From Desulfobacteraceae bacterium UBA2156 (lineage in GTDB: Bacteria; Desulfobacterota; Desulfobacteria; Desulfobacterales; UBA2156): a stretch of 64,000 bases of DNA. Where the stretch lies: the NCBI GenBank assembly GCA_002328165.1, contig DCWS01000052.1:26677-90676 (forward strand), written 5' to 3'. The translations under genes and the position numbers were made by a program. The notes beneath the pieces are model-generated. The model had not been told where the DNA came from. It did no database searches and saw nothing but the letters and a program-made list of their open reading frames with translations. Below, one piece after another: positions 20,927 to 30,767 of this stretch (the stretch's first letter is position 1; each line of letters begins with the position of its first letter).

Positions 20927-22306
20927 CTATTTATCCAAATCCATTTTTCCCGGGTTTAGAATGTTATTGGGGTCGAGGGTTTTCTTTAAAGCGCGCATCA
21001 CCCGCATTGCCGCCGGATCGTGTTCTATGGTCATAAACCTGGCCTTTGTAATACCGATGCCATGCTCGCCGGTCAATGTACCGCCTAGTTTGCAGGCCAG
21101 CTCATGCAGTTCCAGCAATACCTGATCCAGCCGGTTCACCTGGTCTGAATCGGACCGATCGTATAATATATTCGGGTGGAAATTTCCGGCCCCCGCATGG
21201 CCGAAGTTGAGGATGAGCAGATTGTGTTTTTTTGATATCGCCTCTACCTTGCGGAGGAACTCGGCAATGCGGCCCATCGGCACCGTCACATCTTCGGATG
21301 CCAGGTTTTTTGACACACTTCCCACTAGGCCGCCAAGGGATTTTCGAGCCAACCACAGGTGTTCGGCATCGGCAGCCGAATAGGCGGTTTCGATATTACG
21401 GGCGTTACACCTGTTGAACATGGCGATCAACCCCTCCATCTGGTATTTAACATCCACCTGTGTATTGCCATCGATTTCCGCCAGGAGAATCGCCTCCACC
21501 TCAGGCAGTTGGAGATCGGTGTGTTTTCGAACCACCGAAATGGTATTGGCGTCGATCAACTCTAACACACTCGGGGTAACACCGGATTGCATGATCAGAG
21601 TGACCGCTTCACCGGCGCCTTCCAGGCGGTCGAAAGCGGCCACAGCCGTGGCTACCTCTGTCGGCTTCGGAGATATCTTCAACGTGATTTCCGTCACCAC
21701 ACCCAGCGTTCCCTCGGAGCCGACAAAAAGCCGTGTTAGATCATACCCGGATGAACATTTCATTGTTTGTGATCCGATGCGCATTACCTTACCATCTGCC
21801 AAAACCACTTCCAAAGCCAGGACATAATCTCGCGTGGTGCCGTACTTGGCACCCCTCAATCCGCCGGCATTGGTGGCCACATTTCCGCCCAGGGTGCAGA
21901 CCTTACCACTGGCCGGATCAGGTGGATAAAAAAAGCCATCAGACGCCAGGGCCTCCTGGAGATCCGCGTATACCACGCCAGGCTGGACCACGCTCAGACG
22001 GTCGGGTATGCTGACGCGAATGATCTGATCCATCCGGGACAAATCGAGCAATATCCCTCCTTTAACCGGAACCGAAAGACCTGCGAGACCGGTACCTGCT
22101 CCCCTGGGGACGATCGGGGTTCTATTTTTGTCGGCCAGCCTGAGAATCCACGATATTTGGTCGGTCGATTCAGCCCAAACTGCGCACTCGGGTCGGCTTC
22201 GATATTCCGAAGCATCATATGAGTAGGAAACCAAATCAATTATTTGATCCGTATAATTCTCTTTACCGACGATCTCAATCAACCCTTCCTTAATGATTTC
22301 CTTCAT
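20927..22306 (-). CDS. FAD-linked oxidase, GlcD/D-lactate dehydrogenase family
   Basis: PRGAGTG, PPDPAS, GGNVATNAGG, KYG, GSEGTLG, GEHGIG and LNPGK. Confidence 0.9.
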   Translation of the reverse strand: MKEIIKEGLIEIVGKENYTDQIIDLVSYSYDASEYRSRPECAVWAESTDQISWILRLADKNRTPIVPRGAGTGLAGLSVPVKGGILLDLSRMDQIIRVSIPDRLSVVQPGVVYADLQEALASDGFFYPPDPASGKVCTLGGNVATNAGGLRGAKYGTTRDYVLALEVVLADGKVMRIGSQTMKCSSGYDLTRLFVGSEGTLGVVTEITLKISPKPTEVATAVAAFDRLEGAGEAVTLIMQSGVTPSVLELIDANTISVVRKHTDLQLPEVEAILLAEIDGNTQVDVKYQMEGLIAMFNRCNARNIETAYSAADAEHLWLARKSLGGLVGSVSKNLASEDVTVPMGRIAEFLRKVEAISKKHNLLILNFGHAGAGNFHPNILYDRSDSDQVNRLDQVLLELHELACKLGGTLTGEHGIGITKARFMTIEHDPAAMRVMRALKKTLDPNNILNPGKMDLDK

Positions 22307-22679
22307 ACTGCGACTCTTCTCCTTTTTTGCACTTTTTCAATGGCAGGGGTTGGAAGCTATTTTAAAACGCAGTGGCAAAATATTGTTCAATATCGGTTTT
22401 GGAATGAGTCACAGTCTATATCGATTATAATCCTGCAATACAACCCTCTCTATTTTTTAATCCAATTTCTGTTTGCCAATGAAATGTTATTCCAATAAAA
22501 GAAAAAATTGTTCAAAAGGTGTTTTAAAATCGATGTTAAAAAATTATATTGTGGTCTTCTATCGCAATGATAAAAAGGTGTCTCTTGTTTGCCATTTCAT
22601 ATCCAGACCACCTTAACTGTGGGGGGATGCAATGGAATCAAAACCAAAACCCCATTCCCATGATAAAAAGGATAAATCG

Positions 22680-23105
22680 ATGCCACTCAATGTTGAGTTT
22701 GTTCGTAGTCAGTACCTTGTTTTCCAAAACTCTGAAACCGCCCAGTGGGCCTTCTTCGAAAACGCCTGCGGCTCCTATGCCCCGAGACAGGTTATTGACA
22801 GGCTGTCTTATTTTTTTCAGTTTACCAAGGTCCAGCCCTACGATCCATTTCCGTCATCGATCGCCTCTGGGGAGGCGATGGATGACGGTTACCGATGTGT
22901 CGCTGAACTTCTGAATGCGGATGAGGACGAGCTGACCCTCGGCCCGTCGACAACCCTCAATTTTTACGTTCTGGCCCAGGCGATACGACCGACCCTAAAG
23001 GCGGGTTATGAAATCATCGTAACCAATCAGGATCATGAGGCCAATATCGGGTGTTGCGAGTTACCGCTTTCTTGGAGCAAGAAAATAGCTCTTGACGATC
23101 TGTAA
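22680..23105 (+). pseudogene. truncated class V aminotransferase / cysteine desulfurase-like N-terminus
   Basis: FVRSQ..FFENACGS, GPSTT and TNQDHEANIG, then divergence and a stop; the PLP-lysine region is absent. Confidence 0.8.
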
Positions 23106-23126
23106 CACTGAACATTTGGAGAGTCG

Positions 23127-23741
23127 ATGACCAAAATATACCTTATCCGCCACGGCCAAACAGAATGGAATATTTCTCGACGGGTTCAGGGCCATACTGA
23201 ATCGGTTTTAACCGATACAGGGCGCAAACAAGCGATGGACCTGGGGAAAAAACTGGACCACATCCGGTTTGATGTCGCCTACTCCAGCAGCAGCACAAGG
23301 GCTTACGAGACGGCCGAGTTGATATTGAACGGAAGCCTGAAAGAAATACATAAGCTTGATTCTTTAAAAGAAATTAATTTGGGGCCATGGGAGGGCATGC
23401 GTTATTCGGATGTTGAAGTCGAATATCCGGATCAATTTAAATATTTTTTCAATTGCCCATCAAAATTTGAACTGGACGGAGGAGAAACATTTCATCAGCT
23501 ACAAAGCCGGGCGGTACAATCACTGGAAACTATTGTAGAAGCCAACAGGGGCAAGAAAATTATTCTGGTAAGCCACGGCATGTTCATCAGATCACTGTTG
23601 GCCTTTATTGAAAACCGTCCTTTAAAGGGCCTCTGGAATACACCCGCCATACATAACTGCTCCCAAAGTATCGTCGAGGAAAGCAATTCGAGATACAAAA
23701 TCATTATGTATGCGGACTCATATAATTGGGACCTTGTCTAG
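23127..23741 (+). CDS. histidine phosphatase (phosphoglycerate mutase/CobC-like)
   Basis: RHGQTEWN, E.NLGPWEG and VSHG. Confidence 0.9.
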   Translation: MTKIYLIRHGQTEWNISRRVQGHTESVLTDTGRKQAMDLGKKLDHIRFDVAYSSSSTRAYETAELILNGSLKEIHKLDSLKEINLGPWEGMRYSDVEVEYPDQFKYFFNCPSKFELDGGETFHQLQSRAVQSLETIVEANRGKKIILVSHGMFIRSLLAFIENRPLKGLWNTPAIHNCSQSIVEESNSRYKIIMYADSYNWDLV

Positions 23742-23791
23742 AGCGTTGAATTCGACAACGTATTCTATTTTTACAAGCCTATGGGGCGGCA

Positions 23792-25174
23792 CTATAACAA
23801 GAGTGAGTAATCCAGCTCGAATTTAGTCAATTTTTCCTTAATCTGCTCGTATAGATCCAGATACTCCTGAGTCGGTTGAATTGTATCCAGATCGTAGCAT
23901 TCATCGAAACGCTTACCGAGGGGAGGGTCACCGAATTTGTGCTCGTATTGAATCAAAATTTGTTTGACCATTTCATTGGCTTGCTCCCGTGTAATTCTCT
24001 GCCGGGCTGCCAGGTGCCCCGCCTCGGCTCCCATGCGGGCCTCCATACCGCTGGCACGCTCGGGATGCCGGTTGCGGGCCACCGCAGCCAAATCGATATC
24101 CGCCCCGGATACCGTGGTTGTCAGGGCGTTGCATATGATTTCGTAAGCCACCATTTCGGTGCAAGGTCCGGCCGCAGCAAAGGTGTTGGCTGTAATCAAG
24201 AGATGGGTATGGCGGCTCAGGGCTTGGGCGGTAATGCTGATCAGCCACAGCAGTTCTCGAGTCGTATTGCATCCGTAATGAATATGGAGCGGAAACCCGC
24301 AGTGCCACTGTACCTCAAAAACCAAAAGCCCTAGAAAGTGATGGGCCACGTGAACGATTGCCGTTGCTTCCGGCCCACCGGCATATCCGCCCATTAGCGG
24401 TCCGTATAGTCCATATTTGTTGTGTCCACTGTGCCGCAGGAAGACGACCTTCTTTAACCGTTCATAGTCGATTTTTAATTCGGCAATGGCAGCGATGCAC
24501 AACCCGTCATTTGGCTGCGCACCGAATTCAGCCTGCATGGCAGCCAGCATCGCATCTGTCCGCTCTGCATTTGAAATGAGGTTGTGAATGCCGATATGGG
24601 GGCGGCCGGCTGCCCGGGCGGCTTCGCGCAGTTTGATTACGTTCCAGATCGCCGCTTCTACCTCCTGGGGTGTTCCTGATTTAATGGGACGACCATGGAC
24701 AGTTTGGCTAAAAGCACTCGAGAAAGTTTGGGCCAGAGGTTCCTGAACATAACTTTGCACCATCGGCACAAAGCGTTCCTCGGCTACCGGCGTGCCGACC
24801 GGAGTCATCAGGCAAAAGGGAGGTTTCATGTCCTCGACAGACCGGTAGGACATCGTCGCCGCATCACGACCCTGCCCGTAGGTAACCGTGGTTGGGGCAT
24901 ACCTTAGCGCCCATTCCACTTCTTCGCGTGTGAACTTCATCACACGGCCGGTATCACGGCAGAAAACGCCTATTTTAAGAAATAGATCAAGGCCGGCCTG
25001 GTAAACACGATCTGCCAGATTGTCATCGGCCGGAACAACCTGTTTTGGGTCATATTTTATTTCATATTTCTCAACTAACTGCTTAGCGACTCTACCCAAT
25101 TGTTGATCGAATTGCTTTTCTTTTATCAGAGAGCTGTTTTCGCTGCGGTCGAGGATATCCCAAAATCCGATCAT
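23792..25174 (-). CDS. monomethylamine:corrinoid methyltransferase (MtmB) family protein without pyrrolysine
   Basis: Matches recalled MtmB motifs: ADRVYQAG, AGRP, ELKID, GGYAGG, AGPCTEM, GMEARM and GKRFDECYD..T..PT.EY. The ORF is uninterrupted, with His197 (CAC) at the Pyl-equivalent site. Confidence 0.88.
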   Translation of the reverse strand: MIGFWDILDRSENSSLIKEKQFDQQLGRVAKQLVEKYEIKYDPKQVVPADDNLADRVYQAGLDLFLKIGVFCRDTGRVMKFTREEVEWALRYAPTTVTYGQGRDAATMSYRSVEDMKPPFCLMTPVGTPVAEERFVPMVQSYVQEPLAQTFSSAFSQTVHGRPIKSGTPQEVEAAIWNVIKLREAARAAGRPHIGIHNLISNAERTDAMLAAMQAEFGAQPNDGLCIAAIAELKIDYERLKKVVFLRHSGHNKYGLYGPLMGGYAGGPEATAIVHVAHHFLGLLVFEVQWHCGFPLHIHYGCNTTRELLWLISITAQALSRHTHLLITANTFAAAGPCTEMVAYEIICNALTTTVSGADIDLAAVARNRHPERASGMEARMGAEAGHLAARQRITREQANEMVKQILIQYEHKFGDPPLGKRFDECYDLDTIQPTQEYLDLYEQIKEKLTKFELDYSLLL

Positions 25175-25833
25175 GACACGTCAGCTCCCTTCTTTTTCCG
25201 CATCAGCTCCTTGGCATTTTCAACCGCCTCGGCTGCATCCTCGCCGTAGCCATCTGCTCCGATTTCTCTGGCCCATTCAGCAATCACCGGTGCACCGCCG
25301 AGCATAACCAAATATTTGTCGCGGGTGCCGAGTTCCTTAAGCATACGATCGATGTCCGGCATATGTGCCATTGTTGTCGTCATTAATGCAGATGCCGCGA
25401 TAATGTCGGCTCCGACTTCGTCTGCTTTTTCGATAAACCGGTGGACGGATACATCGTTACCTAGATCGTAGAGGGTGAAACCGGACGCCTCCAGCATCAC
25501 CTTGACGATATTTTTACCCAAATCGTGAACATCCCCATGGATTGTACCGATGATAACGCTGCCGAAAGATCCACCGTCGGTTCGCTGAATCAAATGGGGC
25601 TTGAGAACTTCCACAGCGGCATTCATCGCATCCGCAGCAAGCAACACCTCGGGCAGGAAGCATTCTAGCTTGGCGAACTTGCCGCCAATGATGCGCATCC
25701 CCAGGGCAAAACCTTTCTGGATTGCCTCAAAGGGATCCGCTCCCATTGTCATTGTCTTTTGAGCCAGAGATACACACTCTTTTTCATCCCCCTTAACAGT
25801 GGCATCCGCCATCTTTTCAAAAGATAGACTCAT
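25171..25833 (-). CDS. corrinoid (B12-binding) protein, MtmC/MttC-like
   Basis: B12-cap motif FLPEVLLAADAM and binding motif GDVHDLGKNIV, plus SALMTTT and GGAP; 4-bp overlap with the MtmB-like gene. Confidence 0.92.
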   Translation of the reverse strand: MSLSFEKMADATVKGDEKECVSLAQKTMTMGADPFEAIQKGFALGMRIIGGKFAKLECFLPEVLLAADAMNAAVEVLKPHLIQRTDGGSFGSVIIGTIHGDVHDLGKNIVKVMLEASGFTLYDLGNDVSVHRFIEKADEVGADIIAASALMTTTMAHMPDIDRMLKELGTRDKYLVMLGGAPVIAEWAREIGADGYGEDAAEAVENAKELMRKKKGADVS

Positions 25834-26034
25834 GGTTTCATTTTTCTTCACTACGGTTGCATTTCCTTTCATCGCTCGCAAATTGCGCCTGTACTTATCG
25901 TTTGAACCAAACTTCAATAAAATTTTCACCATAATACACCAACACTCTGAAGTCACTACTTTGTGAATAATAGAGCAGATTAAATGTTAAATGGACAAAA
26001 TCAGACTTGATATCATCCGCAAAAAAGCATATCT

Positions 26035-26487
26035 GTGTCGAAAAGGGTCGATTTAATACATCAACGGGATGGATTGATCCAGCCCCGACTGGCCGAACTC
26101 CGGAAGAAACAGATGCAAGTTAAAACGTCACTAAAAATTTCACATGTTTCATGGGGAAAGATACAGGTAGTAGGATTGGGCGATGGGTGGGATTTCAAAC
26201 TTTGGCCCGGCGGAGGGCGCTACTGGGATTGGAACGAAACCGGTACACACCATGCGCCGGGTATTCAACTTTCTGATGTCGAGGAGTTGCTTGAAAATGG
26301 GGCAAGGACTGTCGTGTTGAGCTGTGGAATGAACCATCGTCTTCAGATATGCCCTGAGACCATTGCATTTTTAAAGCGACGTGGGGTTGAGTACCATGTG
26401 GGGGAGACCCAAGAGGCGGTCACCCTCTACAACTTGTTCGTTGACGAGGAAAGAAAGGTTGGTGGGCTGTTTCACTCAACCTGCTAG
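26035..26487 (+). CDS. Mth938-like (AAMDC) domain protein
   Basis: KLWPGGGRYWDWNETGTHH.PG and C-terminal VGGLFHSTC; the true start is probably near 26113. Confidence 0.85.
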   Translation: MSKRVDLIHQRDGLIQPRLAELRKKQMQVKTSLKISHVSWGKIQVVGLGDGWDFKLWPGGGRYWDWNETGTHHAPGIQLSDVEELLENGARTVVLSCGMNHRLQICPETIAFLKRRGVEYHVGETQEAVTLYNLFVDEERKVGGLFHSTC

Positions 26488-26635
26488 TTTTTTGCTTTAT
26501 AAAAATAACTGAAGATTTCACCAAACCTAAGTAAGATGGTGAGATAAAAGGCGCTGAATTGTTGCAATTCCGCGTCTTCTGTCTAAAGCAGCACCCACAA
26601 TATATTTTTTGCAATTTTTAATAGGAAAAGGCGGT

Positions 26636-29572
26636 ATGCCCATGATAAAAAAACTGATCATCGTCTTACTCGTTTTAATGCCGATAACCGCATGGAGTGC
26701 GAATCTGCATTATGCACTCGATGTGCAGATAAATACCTCCAAACGGGAAATCATCGGTATTGCCCGCTTAAAAGCGGAAGCCGATAAAAAAATCAGATTA
26801 TCCATTCGGAACTTAAGCGGGGTGAAAGTGGATGGCAACGCCGTCACCCGTACTGCCGATGAAAACATCGACTTGCTGCTGAAAGGTGGCAATGAAACGC
26901 GTATCAGCTATGAAGCGCTTTTTACCGATATAGAGACCAATTTTATCAACAAAGATCATGTCTTCTTGACCGAAGCATGGTATCCCCAACCGAAAATTCT
27001 GGTTGAGTATGCATTTTCCGTGACCCTGCCGAACAACTTTATTGCAACCTCGGAAGCAGAAACAGTGACAATCGGACAACATGGCGCAGAAAAAACGTTT
27101 AATTTCCATTTCCGCCATCCCCAGGATGCTTTGCATCTGGCAGCTTCGACCCGTTATGTTTTGAAAAAAGACCTTTATAACAATATTGCGATTGAAGCCT
27201 ATTTTTTTCAAGAAGATGCGCATCTAGCCGATTCGTATATCGCCCATACTAAAAAATATCTCGCCATGTACGAAACCATGCTCACACCGTATCCCTATCG
27301 GCGTTTTGCCATTGTCGAAAATGTTTTTCCCACTGGAAATTCCATGCCGACTTACACCCTGCTGGGCAAACGGGTAGTGCATCTGCCGTTTATCGTCAAC
27401 ACCTCTCTAGGTCATGAAATTCTGCACCAATGGTTTGGTAATTCTGTTTATATTGACACCATTTATGGAAATTGGGCGGAAGGAATAGTCACCTATTTGG
27501 CCGATCATCATTATGCTGCCCTGGAGGGCAAAGGCAGGGCCTACCGAAAACAGATCATGGTCGATTACAGTGCTTATGTAAATACGAACAATGCCATGCC
27601 GATAAGTAATTTTTTCAGCCGTCAAAATAAGGCCCAAAAGGCCATCGGCTATGGTAAAGCAGCCATGTTGTTTCATGACCTGCGAAAACGTCTCGGCGAC
27701 AAATCGTTCTTTGTGGCCTTGAGGGAGTTTATCCACCGGAACAGGTTTCGCACTGCCTCATGGCATGATATTCAGCGTTCCTTCGAAAAGGTGACGGGGG
27801 AAAAGTTATATGTGTACTTCAGTCAATGGCTCAGCCGCAAAGATATTCCGCAAATTGGCGTGGAAAGTGCGGAATTGCAGGTAGAGCAGGGAAAGCTCAA
27901 ACTGAACTTTACTCTGGTGCAGCATGATGAGCCGTATCGACTCCGTATCCCGATCACCTTGTATTCGGACAACGGAAAAAATCAGCGTTTTGTTGAAGTG
28001 AAAAATGCCAAAGAAAAGATCAGTCTTCAACTCGATGAACCTGTGAAAAAAGTTGTCATCGATGAAAACTATGCACTGATGCGGCAGCTAACCACTGAAG
28101 AAATTCCTCCGGCTCTGGCCGGTATCATGGGCAGAGATAAACTGACCGTGATTGCAACAGCAAGGGAGCGGGTCAGGTACAAACCGTTGATTGATGCATT
28201 TGGGGTGAAATCTATCGCCTATGTCACTCCGGATAAAATTACCTTTACCCAAATGAAAGAAAATTCATTGCTGATTGCCGGTCATGACAAGACCATTGTC
28301 AATATGCTGTTTGGTAAGCAGGCTATCCCTAATATCCCTAAAGAAGGTGTACGTATAAAAGTCTATAAGAATCCTTATAATGCAGAGGAGCGCATTGTGC
28401 TGTTGCACGTCAAAAACAAGGCGGAAGCAAAAGCAGTTCAGCGAAAAATATCGCATTACGGAAAATATAGCGAACTGGCCTTTAGAAATGGTCAAAACAC
28501 GCATAAAGCGATAGTTGAAACAGGAAATGGCATCTCGGTATTGTCCCGCCCCTCCACAAGGGTCCTGAGCCCCGATATGCTGACGACAGTTGACGATATT
28601 ATGCCCAAACTTTTCGCCAGCCGCATTATTTACATAGGGGAACAACATGACAAATTCGCCCATCATATCAATCAACTGCTGGTTATCAAAAAGATGCATG
28701 TGGCTGGATATAAACTGGCTGTAGGTATGGAAATGTTCCAGACACCTTTTCAGCCGGTATTGGATGATTATCTGACCGGACAGATCGATGAGAACTCCTT
28801 TTTAGAGCGGTCTGAATATTTTTCCAGATGGCGTTATGATTATAACCTTTATAAGCCAATTATTGATTATCTCAAACAACAAAACATTCCGCTTATCGCG
28901 CTGAATATCGAGGGGGATATTACCCGTCAGGTCGCTCGTCAAGGCATAGATGGCCTGGCTGATGAAAAAAAGAAACAGTTGCCTGCTGCAATGGATTTTT
29001 CAAATGAACAATACCGACGTGATTTAGTAAAGGTGTTCACTTTTCATGGGGAACAAAAGGAGTTAAAGGAATTTAGTTACTTTTATCAAGCTCAATTGTT
29101 GTGGGATGAAGGGATGGCGGAATCTGCCTATCGGTTTTTGGCAAATAACCCCGATCGAAAATTGGTGGTATTGGCGGGCAACGGCCATGTCAGGCATAAA
29201 TATGGCATTCCGGAACGTCTGTATCGGCGCAATCACGAACCGTTTACAGTCGTTGTGCAGGATGATGCAATTGAAGATGGTATTGCTGATTTTGTCCTGT
29301 TAACCACCGGGTTGAAGGGCAAGAAATCACCCAAATTAGGCTTGATTGTTGAAGAAAAAGATCAAACACTGGTGATTATGAGTATGGTAGATAAAAGCTC
29401 TGCAAAAAATGCCGGGCTGCAGAAAGGGGACATCATTAAACAATTTGCGGGAAAGTCAATCACCTCGCTGGCGGATTTGAAGCTAGCACTGTTTTACAGC
29501 AAAACCGGGACAACTCTTAAAATCAAGATTAAAAGGGATGATAAAACAGTGGAAAAAGAGATCGAATTGTGA
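26636..29572 (+). CDS. secreted M1 aminopeptidase-ChaN-PDZ fusion protein
   Basis: Signal peptide; HEILHQWFGN...WAEG Zn motif; ChaN-like IYIGEQHD/GMEMF/WDEGMA/AGNGH; C-terminal PDZ (AGLQKGDII). Confidence 0.85.
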   Translation: MPMIKKLIIVLLVLMPITAWSANLHYALDVQINTSKREIIGIARLKAEADKKIRLSIRNLSGVKVDGNAVTRTADENIDLLLKGGNETRISYEALFTDIETNFINKDHVFLTEAWYPQPKILVEYAFSVTLPNNFIATSEAETVTIGQHGAEKTFNFHFRHPQDALHLAASTRYVLKKDLYNNIAIEAYFFQEDAHLADSYIAHTKKYLAMYETMLTPYPYRRFAIVENVFPTGNSMPTYTLLGKRVVHLPFIVNTSLGHEILHQWFGNSVYIDTIYGNWAEGIVTYLADHHYAALEGKGRAYRKQIMVDYSAYVNTNNAMPISNFFSRQNKAQKAIGYGKAAMLFHDLRKRLGDKSFFVALREFIHRNRFRTASWHDIQRSFEKVTGEKLYVYFSQWLSRKDIPQIGVESAELQVEQGKLKLNFTLVQHDEPYRLRIPITLYSDNGKNQRFVEVKNAKEKISLQLDEPVKKVVIDENYALMRQLTTEEIPPALAGIMGRDKLTVIATARERVRYKPLIDAFGVKSIAYVTPDKITFTQMKENSLLIAGHDKTIVNMLFGKQAIPNIPKEGVRIKVYKNPYNAEERIVLLHVKNKAEAKAVQRKISHYGKYSELAFRNGQNTHKAIVETGNGISVLSRPSTRVLSPDMLTTVDDIMPKLFASRIIYIGEQHDKFAHHINQLLVIKKMHVAGYKLAVGMEMFQTPFQPVLDDYLTGQIDENSFLERSEYFSRWRYDYNLYKPIIDYLKQQNIPLIALNIEGDITRQVARQGIDGLADEKKKQLPAAMDFSNEQYRRDLVKVFTFHGEQKELKEFSYFYQAQLLWDEGMAESAYRFLANNPDRKLVVLAGNGHVRHKYGIPERLYRRNHEPFTVVVQDDAIEDGIADFVLLTTGLKGKKSPKLGLIVEEKDQTLVIMSMVDKSSAKNAGLQKGDIIKQFAGKSITSLADLKLALFYSKTGTTLKIKIKRDDKTVEKEIEL

Positions 29573-29638
29573 AAGTGAAATTAGGAAGTTGCCCGGAGCA
29601 AAATTATATGATAGTCAGGTCCTGATTGGAGACGCACT

Positions 29639-29932
29639 GTGTCGGGAATGCGGGAAATTTTAATACTGGTGGTCATTATCATGGCCATTTTTTTTCTTCC
29701 ACGGGTCATATCCAGAGGGAAGGAAAAAAAACAACTTGAGCAAGTTTTTGCACTATCCGGAAAGATGCGCCTGGCAATCGGAACTTCTGTTTTCTGGCCG
29801 CTATTGGTGGCGGCTGTGATTCAACCATGGCAAAAAAATATGCCCCTGTTTCTTTATATCGGCTTTGGACCGGTTGCATTCGGGTGGGTCATGAATTGGG
29901 TTTTACACGGGTTTCGAAATTTTAAAGGATAA
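29639..29932 (+). CDS. small membrane protein
   Basis: GGAG RBS, GTG start and three hydrophobic segments. Confidence 0.6.
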   Translation: MSGMREILILVVIIMAIFFLPRVISRGKEKKQLEQVFALSGKMRLAIGTSVFWPLLVAAVIQPWQKNMPLFLYIGFGPVAFGWVMNWVLHGFRNFKG

Positions 29933-30159
29933 GAATTCGCTTTTTGAAAACAGATCAACGGAAAAACAGAGTTGTGTAGTCACCGGAGATGAGTCACAAC
30001 ATATCGTATTGCAACGATGCGATAGCAAGTCCCAAGCGGCTTCAGACAACCAAAATTCAAATACCGGATGAAGATCGTATTGTCAAGAAGGCTTTTTGCT
30101 GCAAATTAACTGAAAATCCGGGGTTTTGGGTACAGGAAGTCTTACTTCACGAGTGTGTG

Positions 30160-30649
30160 TTTTTAAAAACAGGCCTCTGCAGGGTAATCCGGATCGGTGA
30201 TGGTGTCATCGATACCGTGTCCCAGCTCCTCATCATATGCGGGAACCACACCGAATGGGTGGGGCATTGGCAACCGGGAGCGGCTTGTGGTCATAAAGAA
30301 AATACCACCGCAATATTTTTGGGATGATAAACACCACATGCCGATGCCTGCCTGTACGTCGCACGCAGACAGGCGGTACGGCCTTCACCACCTCCTGACA
30401 AAGCCACTCACCGGGCTCCATCACCCGTTTCTGATGGCAGGATGGGCAGAAATGACGACGTTTGCATGAAAAGGCCAAAAGATATTCGTGACCGCAATCT
30501 CCGCATCTGATCCTGGCAAGCCCGGTTTTCAGAATCCCGCAATCCAGATACCGATAAATTACCTGTTTGGCATAGGAGCGAAAAAAGCCGTATTGTCGCC
30601 CAGCAATTTTATCAAAGTTTTTTTGAAATTTTGTGCTATGGAAAAACAA
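30160..30649 (-). mobile_element. IS91-family transposase remnant, internally deleted
   Basis: Zn-binding domain YLDCG..GLARIRCGDCGHEYLLAFSCKRRHFCPSCHQKR and HRHVVFIIPKILR jump directly to C-terminal-like ANAPP and DPDYP; the catalytic core is missing. Confidence 0.8.
30347..30373 (-). repeat. 27-bp imperfect palindrome inserted in frame in the transposase
   Basis: CCTGTCTGCGTGCGACGTACAGGCAGG encodes PVCVRRTGR and splits the expected VP|HRH motif. Confidence 0.7.
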
Positions 30650-30767
30650 AATGTAAGAAAAATTTCTTTTTTCCCCTTAGAGGTTTCACCACAAGTCTCA
30701 TTTTTCAATAGGTTTAAATCGAAAAAGCAAATTCCTATTCATCGATGAGGGATATGAAGGATAAAAC

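Noticed and set aside
30722-30738. AAAAGCAAATTCCTATT as a possible IS91-type terminus
   Set aside because: The resemblance is from memory only and the orientation relative to the transposase is uncertain.
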